Shown one piece after another: positions 6,902-13,057 of a DNA stretch of 13,057 nucleotides. The DNA is from Candidatus Sumerlaeia bacterium (GTDB lineage Bacteria; Sumerlaeota; Sumerlaeia; SLMS01): the NCBI GenBank assembly GCA_038208905.1, contig JBBQYG010000116.1, positions 1 to 13,057 on the forward strand. The letters are read 5' to 3'. The notes beneath the pieces are model-generated. The model had not been told where the DNA came from. It did no database searches and was given only the letters and a program-made list of their open reading frames with translations. The position numbers and the translations under genes were made by a program. The stretch's first letter is position 1. Each line of letters begins with the position of its first letter.

Positions 6902-7561
6902 CTAGTAGCGGATAACAGTCACGATGTCGCCCGCGCCACCAGTGGCGGCGTCGTAGCGCCCCAGCCTCAGATAGGTGGCCAGAATGGCCGCCTCGGCCTC
7001 GGTCATCGGTGCAGTCTCTTCCGAAGTGAGTGCGGCCTTTGCAGACCGGGATTCGCGACGGATGCGAGCAAAGCGAATGATTGCGTCGGCGGGTCCGGGC
7101 TTGAGGTTCACAGCGACCGGCTCGGCTTCCGGAACGGAAGCGAATCTCCACAACTCCGGCGGAAGGTCGAAACGCCCATCGGGCCCTGGGCTGACAATCA
7201 GGGCCGCGACATCGCGCGACTCTGTCGCGAGATACAGGTAGGGGGTGGCCGCCGGCTGAAAGGGGTCGCTCGGAACACTCGGGAGATAGACCGTTGGCTG
7301 CGTCAGCGCCACCAGTCCTGTGCTCGCGGGGGGAAGAGCGGAATAGTCCATCATGTAGTTTTGGAGCGCGCGAGAGACCGCCCGCTGCTCCTGAAGAACC
7401 CGGCTCGCCTTGGTCCGCGAGACAAGCGTCCGCGATGATAGGAAGGCAATCCCACCCAGAATCGCCGCGATAACCACGACCACGGACAGCTCGAAAAGGG
7501 TCATGCCGCGCCGAGCCCGAGCGGTGCGGAGGCGACTGACGATGGGGAGTGCAGGTGTCAT
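6902..7561 (-). CDS. Prepilin-type N-terminal cleavage/methylation protein (GspG/pseudopilin-like)
   Basis: Basic leader ARARRG|MTLFELSVVVVIAAILGGIA (G-1, E+5, hydrophobic helix), then ALQNY..DY..LP, LTQPTVYLPSVPSDPF, PYLY, SPGPDG, YDAATGGAGDIV. Start at ATG 7561 or GTG 7585. Confidence 0.85.
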   Translation of the reverse strand: MTPALPIVSRLRTARARRGMTLFELSVVVVIAAILGGIAFLSSRTLVSRTKASRVLQEQRAVSRALQNYMMDYSALPPASTGLVALTQPTVYLPSVPSDPFQPAATPYLYLATESRDVAALIVSPGPDGRFDLPPELWRFASVPEAEPVAVNLKPGPADAIIRFARIRRESRSAKAALTSEETAPMTEAEAAILATYLRLGRYDAATGGAGDIVTVIRY

Positions 7562-7634
7562 AAGGTGATCGGTGGCCTTTGGCACTGCGTATCGATACGG
7601 AAGCTATTGCCCCGGCAGCGGTTCTGACCCAGAG

Positions 7635-7664
7635 GTTGACCCCTTTCGGAGTGGACCTGTCAAC
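7635..7664. promoter_or_regulatory. GTTGAC-N18-GTCAAC inverted repeat (face-to-face -35 hexamers or operator) between divergent genes
   Basis: TTGACC at 7636-7641 (+) and perfect TTGACA at 7663-7658 (-), in the gap between the pseudopilin gene and mlaE. Confidence 0.4.
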
Positions 7665-7697
7665 ACCGAGATGAACTCTTTTCCTAGCGGGGGCGCG

Positions 7698-8522
7698 ATG
7701 CTGGCGAAAAAAAATACCCACCTCGGCAGCGAAGCGCTCATTCCTGTGGCGATACTGGGTCGCAATGCCCTGAAATTTGTTCGATCCTGCGGAAACTATG
7801 GTTTTTTTGCCGGATCGGTCTTTCGCCGGGTCTTCACGCCCCCGTGGCGATGGCGCATGATCGTCGAGCAATGCCGCCTGATCGGCGTGAAGTCCTTCCC
7901 AATCGCCGCCATGACCAGCGTTTTCGTGGGCATGGTGATGGTCATCCAGACGGGCGTCCAGCTCATCAAGTTCGGCTCCAAGAATTACGTTCCCGGAATC
8001 TCCTTCATCGCCAACGCCCGCGAGTTTGTCCCGGCCTTCTGTGCCATCGTGGTGGGGGCCCGCGTCGCCGCATCCATCACCGCCGAAATCGGCAGCATGC
8101 GCGTGACGGAGCAGCTCGACGCCATGGATATCCTCAACGTGGACCCGGTTCGCTATCTCTGCGTTCCCCGCGTCATCGCCATGACGATCATGCTTCCGCT
8201 GATCTGCGCGATCTGCCTGGTTACGGGGTTCTTCGGCGGGATGGTCGTGGGCGATGGCGCCTTGGGCATCGATCCGCTGGCGTACTACATGACAACGCTG
8301 AAGTTTGCCAACCTGACCGACGTGCTGGGCGGCCTGACCAAGACGATTTTCTTCGGCTGCATCATCGCCATGACCGGCTGCTACTATGGCTTCCGAACGG
8401 AGGGGGGCGCCGCGGGCGTGGGCCGCGCCACCACTAACAGCGTCGTGCTGACCCTCATCCTGATCCTTATCGCAGACTACCTGCTAACGAGTGCCATTCT
8501 GGCAGCCACCGGGATGGAGTAG
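7698..8522 (+). CDS. mlaE: MlaE-family ABC transporter permease
   Basis: IGVKSFPI, FVGMVMVIQ, REFVPAFCAIVVGARVAASITAEIGSMRVTEQLDAM, VDPVRYLCVPRV, LTKTIFFG, GCYYG, GGAAGVGRATTNSVV. Start uncertain (7671, 7698 or 7746); 7572 abuts or overlaps the start of the divergent gene. Confidence 0.92.
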   Translation: MLAKKNTHLGSEALIPVAILGRNALKFVRSCGNYGFFAGSVFRRVFTPPWRWRMIVEQCRLIGVKSFPIAAMTSVFVGMVMVIQTGVQLIKFGSKNYVPGISFIANAREFVPAFCAIVVGARVAASITAEIGSMRVTEQLDAMDILNVDPVRYLCVPRVIAMTIMLPLICAICLVTGFFGGMVVGDGALGIDPLAYYMTTLKFANLTDVLGGLTKTIFFGCIIAMTGCYYGFRTEGGAAGVGRATTNSVVLTLILILIADYLLTSAILAATGME

Positions 8523-8534
8523 CGCAAGCGCGGC

Positions 8535-8563
8535 TTGACGGTCTGCCGGCGAGGCGGGCCAAT
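8535..8563 (+). promoter_or_regulatory. Candidate sigma70-type promoter for the ABC exporter
   Basis: TTGACG (8535-8540), 17 nt, GCCAAT (8558-8563), inside the 53-nt gap after mlaE. Confidence 0.4.
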
Positions 8564-8575
8564 GGGTACCCCGCA

Positions 8576-10594
8576 TTGTCGCAGGCGGGCCAAAGACTCC
8601 AACGCTGGATCGACTATTTGTCCATCGCCCCCGATACTCCCGATCCCGTGACCAAGAAATCGGAGAAGGCGAGCTCCCGCCGAGGCGGCCGCTATGGCGA
8701 CTGGAACATCGCCTCGCGCGTGCTGGGCTACGCGCGGCCCTTCCGGGCGCGCATGGGCGCGGCGCTGGGCATTGGCCTTCTGGCGGGCCTTTTGACGGCG
8801 CTCAACCTGGTGGCGCTGGTTCCCGTGCTAGAAATCCTCCTCGACCAGACCTCCAAGGACAAGATCGAGCGCATCGAGCGCGAAGTGCAGGAGTACCGCC
8901 AGGAAGTGGCGGAAGCCAAGACCATCGCCCGCCGCGCGGATCGCTGGATCAACCTGAAGAAAACCGAGTTCCGGCTGGAGTGGAATCGCTGGGTCCTGAA
9001 GTGGAACGAACGCGCCATCTACATGATCGCCGCCGCGCTCCTCATTGCCCAGATCCTCAAGAGCATCCTCGACTTCATCTCCAAGTACATCCTCCAGCGA
9101 TCGTTCTATCTCGCGATGGTCCGGCTTAGGACGGATCTCTACGAGCGATGCCTCAGGCTCGACTTCCCCGAGTTCCAGAAGATCACCAGCGGCGACCTGA
9201 TCTCACGCATGAACAACGATATGCGGGCCGTCCGCGTCGTCTTTACCAGCATGGTCAGCAACGCCATCCTCCAGCCTTTCACAATCATCTCCCTGTTCCT
9301 TGTGATGCTCTTCCTCAACTGGCAGCTCACGCTGGTCGTGATCGTGGGCGTTCCGCTGTTCGTTCTGCCGCTGACGTATTTCGGCAAGCGACTTCGCACG
9401 ATGGGGAAGAAGGACGAGGAGGAGGACGCGAAGCTGCTCGGCTATTCGCAGGAGCGCATCCAGGGCCTGATGATCGTGAAGGCGTTCATGGGCGAGCGCC
9501 GCGAGTTGAAGCGGTTCCGCAAGCTGAGCCGGGAAGTCGCCGAGCGCCAGATCGGCCGCGAGCGCCTGCGTCTCTACAGCGAACCCCTCGTCGAGATCGC
9601 CGCGTCAGTGGCGCTCGCGGGCGTCCTCTGCATCGGCGCCTACCTCGTGCTCAAGAGCAGCAACGCGGGGATGAGCGCCTCCGAGTTCCTGATCTATATT
9701 GGCGTGCTCACGCGCTTCTATCCGCCGATCAAGCGCATTTCGGCGTCCTTCATCAAGATGCAGAAGTCCCTCGCAAGCGCGGAACGCATTTTCGAGATCA
9801 TCGACCTGCCCTCGAGCATCCCCGAGGCAAAGGAACCCGTCGAACTTGGCCCGCTCCGCGACCGCATCGCATTCGAGGATATCGTCTTTGCCTACGGCCC
9901 CGGAAAGGCCCCCGCGCTCAACGGCTTCTCCCTGGAAATCCCCCGTGGGCGCCGCATTGCCCTGGTGGGGCGGACGGGTGCCGGCAAGTCCACCGTGGCG
10001 CGGCTGCTCCCCCGCTTTTACGACGTGACCTCGGGCCGCATTCTGGTCGATGGGGTCGATATCCGCCAGGCGCGTGTGAAGTCGCTCCGCCGGCAGATGG
10101 CCTTGGTGACGCAGGACACGATCCTCTTCGACGACACCATCCTCAACAACATCCGCTACGGCCGCCCGGAAGCCACGCGCGAGCAGGTCGAGGAAGCGGC
10201 CCGCGCCGCCTATGCCCACGAGTTCATCGAGTCCATGCCGCTCGGCTACGACACGGAAATCGGCGAGCGTGGCGGTCAGCTCTCCGGAGGCCAGCGCCAG
10301 CGACTCGCCATCGCGCGCGCCCTGCTCGCCGACAAACCGATCCTCATCCTCGACGAGGCCACCAGCGCCCTGGACAACGAGTCGGAATCCATCGTCCAGC
10401 GCGCCATCGATCGCCTGATGGAGAACCGCACCAGCATCGTCATCGCCCACCGCCTCTCCACGGTCCGCAAGGCCGACGAAATCGTAGTCATGGAAGCCGG
10501 CCGCATCGTGGAGCGAGGCGCCTATGCGGAACTCATCGAGGCGCGCGGGCGATTCTTCGACCTGGTGCAGCGCGAGGAACTCGCCGGCGAGTAG
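8576..10594 (+). CDS. MsbA-like ABC exporter (fused TMD + NBD)
   Basis: Six-helix TMD with [11 protein letters not shown], Walker [11 protein letters not shown]-loop VTQD, signature LSGGQRQR, Walker [14 protein letters not shown]-loop IAHRLST. Start uncertain (TTG 8576, TTG 8618 or GTG 8648). Confidence 0.93.
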   Translation: MSQAGQRLQRWIDYLSIAPDTPDPVTKKSEKASSRRGGRYGDWNIASRVLGYARPFRARMGAALGIGLLAGLLTALNLVALVPVLEILLDQTSKDKIERIEREVQEYRQEVAEAKTIARRADRWINLKKTEFRLEWNRWVLKWNERAIYMIAAALLIAQILKSILDFISKYILQRSFYLAMVRLRTDLYERCLRLDFPEFQKITSGDLISRMNNDMRAVRVVFTSMVSNAILQPFTIISLFLVMLFLNWQLTLVVIVGVPLFVLPLTYFGKRLRTMGKKDEEEDAKLLGYSQERIQGLMIVKAFMGERRELKRFRKLSREVAERQIGRERLRLYSEPLVEIAASVALAGVLCIGAYLVLKSSNAGMSASEFLIYIGVLTRFYPPIKRISASFIKMQKSLASAERIFEIIDLPSSIPEAKEPVELGPLRDRIAFEDIVFAYGPGKAPALNGFSLEIPRGRRIALVGRTGAGKSTVARLLPRFYDVTSGRILVDGVDIRQARVKSLRRQMALVTQDTILFDDTILNNIRYGRPEATREQVEEAARAAYAHEFIESMPLGYDTEIGERGGQLSGGQRQRLAIARALLADKPILILDEATSALDNESESIVQRAIDRLMENRTSIVIAHRLSTVRKADEIVVMEAGRIVERGAYAELIEARGRFFDLVQREELAGE

Positions 10595-10598
10595 CACG

Positions 10599-11180
10599 CT
10601 ACTTCGGCTCCAGACTCATTGCCTTCTCCAGCCCCGGGTATGTCTCCGCGCGGATCGCCCATCGCTCGTGGTCGCGCCAGTCGCCATCAACCATGATCAA
10701 CTTGGGAGAGAAGCCCTCCTTCTCGCAGCCGATCTTCTTCGCCACGGCGATCGACCGGTCGTTCCCGGGCTGGATGTTCAACTCCAGGCGATGCAGGCCC
10801 AGATGCCCGAAGACGAACCACACCACCATCGCGAGGCCATCCCGCATGAGCCCCCGCCTCTCCGCGCCGGCGAACGCATAGTGTCCACAGAAGGCGCTGC
10901 GATAGTTGCCGCGCACGATGTTCCGCACATTGACGACGCCACAGAGTCGGCTGTCCTCCTTGGCGCAGACGGGAAAGAACTCCATGTTGGATTGGCGGGC
11001 ACGCGCCAGATAGACGGCATAGCCCTCCGGTTCGGTGGGGGGGAACATCCAGGGATGCTGGAAATGGGAGCTTGCACGGGATGCCGCCAGAAACTCCGCC
11101 TCGCCAGAGGGTACAATCCTGTAGAGATAAACGCGCCCCGGTAGTTGGCGCGCCAGGCGTTCAAGTTGTACCCGGGTCAT
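10599..11180 (-). CDS. GNAT-family N-acetyltransferase, RimJ/RimL-like
   Basis: FQHPW, GVVNVRNIVRGNYRSAFCGH, RRGLMRDGL, FGHLGLHRLELNIQPGNDRSIAVAKKIG..KEG, VDGDWRDHERWAI. ATG 11180 with GAGAG upstream; the ORF track extends to 11285. Confidence 0.9.
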   Translation of the reverse strand: MTRVQLERLARQLPGRVYLYRIVPSGEAEFLAASRASSHFQHPWMFPPTEPEGYAVYLARARQSNMEFFPVCAKEDSRLCGVVNVRNIVRGNYRSAFCGHYAFAGAERRGLMRDGLAMVVWFVFGHLGLHRLELNIQPGNDRSIAVAKKIGCEKEGFSPKLIMVDGDWRDHERWAIRAETYPGLEKAMSLEPK

Positions 11181-11386
11181 GGGTATCTCTCGATCAATCG
11201 CTATGGGACGGCGCTTGGAGTCATACCAGAGCGGCCGGCGGAGTTGAGCCCGACGTTTGGGGATGGCTGGGAGGAGTTGGAACATAGCACAGCGATTGGA
11301 AGATGCCCCCTTTCATTCTTGACGTGGTGTCTCCCCCGCCGCGCTTGTAGAAGCCTCACACTGTCGAGGAAACGACCGCTCCGCTG

Positions 11387-11731
11387 ATGCAACTGCTCAA
11401 GATTGCTACCCGAATCACGCTGCTGATCGCCGTTGCTATGGGAGCCTGTGGGCTGGTGGTGGGGAATGCAAGCCTGCGGGAAGACCGCGAGGTGGCGCGC
11501 GCGCGGTATGCGCGGGCGGCGACAGATCTGGGGCGGGTTACGGGGGAGTTGAACGCGACGGAGAACCGGCTGAGGAAGCTGACCACCAGCCTCCACGCTG
11601 TGGAGTGGGAGGCGCGCGAGGAGCTTCAGATGGTGAAGCCGGGCGAGCGCCTCGTCCTGCTCCAGTTCGAGAATCCGGCTCCCGCTACCCCGGCGGGCGA
11701 GCCGCAAAAAACGCCTTCATCCCATCCATGA
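11387..11731 (+). CDS. ftsB: Septum formation initiator family protein (FtsB/DivIC-like)
   Basis: Short basic N-terminus, one TM helix, heptad coiled coil (L..V..EL...E.RL.KL), then AVEWEAREELQMVKPGE matching the FtsB/DivIC motif. Confidence 0.8.
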   Translation: MQLLKIATRITLLIAVAMGACGLVVGNASLREDREVARARYARAATDLGRVTGELNATENRLRKLTTSLHAVEWEAREELQMVKPGERLVLLQFENPAPATPAGEPQKTPSSHP

Positions 11732-13057
11732 GGTCCAGCGCGGGCGCGCGCCTGACGTCCACATCGGGGAGCGAGTTCAGAAACCGCTTGCCGTAGCGCA
11801 TCTGCACCACGCGCTTGTCGGCGATGATCACCGCGCCGCGGTCCGTGCGTGAGCGAATGAGGCGCCCGAATCCCTGCTTCAGCTTGATCACCGCGCGCGG
11901 TACCACCAGGCAGTCAAAGGGGTCGCGTCCCTGCGCCTTCAGCGCCTCGAACTGAGCCTCTTGAATCGGCTCCGTGGGGACGGAGAAGGGGAGCTTGGCG
12001 ATGATGAGCAGCTCCAGGGCGCGGCCCTTCACATCGACCCCCTCCCAGAAGCTGGACGTGGCGAAGAGCACGCTGGTTTCGTCCTCGCGAAATCGGCGAA
12101 GGAGCAGGTCGCGGCTCTCCTCGCCCTGCTTGAGCAGGTTGATCCCCAGCCGGCGGATCGTCGCCTCGCAGGCGCGGGCCACGCGGTTCATCTGGGCATA
12201 GCTGGTGAAGAGGATAAACGCGCGCCCCCCCGTGATCGCGACGGAACGATTCACGAGGTCCGCCAGCCGCTCGTCATAGGCCGGCTCGCGCGGATCCGGG
12301 AAGTCCATCGGCACGCCAAGGTACACCTGCTGGCGATAGTCGAACGGCGTCGGTAGCAGGTCCGTCGAGATATGCCGCGCCTCGATGGGCGAACGCTCGA
12401 TGATCGGAAGTCCTTCCTCCGTGTACTCGATGCGGGGAGCCTCGGGTCGGATAATGGGGAGGCCCGAACGCTCCTGGAAGAACTCGAAGGTCTTGTCAAC
12501 CGTCAGCGTCGCGCTCGTCAGCACCTCGGACTTCATGCGGTCGTGAAGCGATTCCCGCAGGAGCTGGCGCACATCCACCGGCGCAATGCACAGGCGGACA
12601 CTCGTCTCCTTGACACCCGGCCGATTGGCGATGTCCACCCAGCGGCAGTTGTCCTTGTCGTCGGCGATGAAGAGCAGAAGCGTCCGCCGCACGCCGTCGA
12701 GCCGCGCCACCAGCGCCTGCCATTCCATCATCGGATTCGTCAGCGCCATGACGATGTTCTCGTCCAGTTCGCCGAACTTTTCGAGGAGGCGCGTGTTGGA
12801 ATCCACGAAGGCCGCGATCTCCCCCGCCAGCTCGTTGAGGACGCGCTCGCATTCCTCGCGCCAGATGGGGGTGGCGCGGAGCATCGGAGTGATGCGGATC
12901 TTGCGCTCCTCGCGGGAATTCGGCGCGTCGAGGCCCTGTGTCCGCTGGAACTGAAAGGTGAACTCGCCGAAGAGGAAATCCACCGCCTCCCGCACGTCGG
13001 CCACGCGGGGGGATAACCCGGTCGCGAGCTCCATGATCGCCGGATGGGCGGGATCGA
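11685..13057 (-). CDS. dinG: DinG/YoaA-family ATP-dependent DNA helicase, C-terminal part (5' truncated by window edge)
   Basis: VLTSATL, PFDY, ILFTSY, LKQGE, VLFATSSFWEGVDVKG, IIAKLPF, LKQGFGRLIRSRTDRGAVIIADKR, YGKRFLNSLP. The frame stays open from 13034 to the right edge. Confidence 0.93.
   Translation of the reverse strand, partial: DPAHPAIMELATGLSPRVADVREAVDFLFGEFTFQFQRTQGLDAPNSREERKIRITPMLRATPIWREECERVLNELAGEIAAFVDSNTRLLEKFGELDENIVMALTNPMMEWQALVARLDGVRRTLLLFIADDKDNCRWVDIANRPGVKETSVRLCIAPVDVRQLLRESLHDRMKSEVLTSATLTVDKTFEFFQERSGLPIIRPEAPRIEYTEEGLPIIERSPIEARHISTDLLPTPFDYRQQVYLGVPMDFPDPREPAYDERLADLVNRSVAITGGRAFILFTSYAQMNRVARACEATIRRLGINLLKQGEESRDLLLRRFREDETSVLFATSSFWEGVDVKGRALELLIIAKLPFSVPTEPIQEAQFEALKAQGRDPFDCLVVPRAVIKLKQGFGRLIRSRTDRGAVIIADKRVVQMRYGKRFLNSLPDVDVRRAPALDLMDGMKAFFAARPPG

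Noticed and set aside
5864..7438. 524-aa plus-strand ORF
   Set aside because: Antisense shadow of the transglutaminase and pseudopilin genes; Arg/Gly/His-rich with no motifs, expected at high GC.
6228..7871. 547-aa minus-strand ORF
   Set aside because: Alternative frame over three well-supported genes; low-complexity Arg/Pro/Gly composition.
10583..10608. Hairpin AGTAGC-AC-GCTACT spanning two convergent stops (similar GTAGC/GCTAC at 1813-1847)
   Set aside because: Largely a consequence of two facing TAG-C stops; no U-tract, so not called a terminator.
9148..10881. 577-aa plus-strand ORF (and the 330-aa antisense ORF 9605-10597)
   Set aside because: Off-frame and antisense shadows of the ABC exporter; no recognisable domain.
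11196..11297. AATCGCT/AGCGATT inverted repeat and GGAGTTG direct repeat in the GNAT-ftsB intergenic region
   Set aside because: Short, with no nested support and no known RNA or operator motif.
1..13057. CRISPR arrays, IS/transposase, integrase, tRNA/rRNA, defence systems
   Set aside because: No regularly spaced repeats, terminal inverted repeats, recombinase motifs or tRNA/rRNA signatures seen by eye.

Overview
High-GC bacterial chromosomal window of mostly housekeeping and envelope genes, with no mobile element, CRISPR array, rRNA or tRNA seen. Order: 3' end of an upstream CDS (+); a small Bfd-like [2Fe-2S] protein missed by the ORF track, with an apparent CTG start (+); zinc-ribbon/TM2 membrane protein (-); short 'core' MetE-like (MesB-like) zinc enzyme (+); accD (-); a ~490-bp divergent intergenic region holding a candidate ~210-nt rod-shaped ncRNA with its own sigma70-type promoter (-); renalase-like FAD oxidoreductase + yidD (+); prepilin/pseudopilin-like gene + TgpA-like transglutaminase (-); orphan mlaE + MsbA-like ABC exporter (+); RimJ-like GNAT (-); ftsB-like gene (+); C-terminal part of a DinG/YoaA helicase (-). 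The pseudopilin motif set resembles, from recall only, the expanded family in Candidatus Sumerlaeota (BRC1). The best leads are the unannotated structured RNA upstream of accD, the CTG-initiated ferredoxin, the pseudopilin-transglutaminase pair and the core MetE-like enzyme. I cannot claim a complete new system from the sequence alone.
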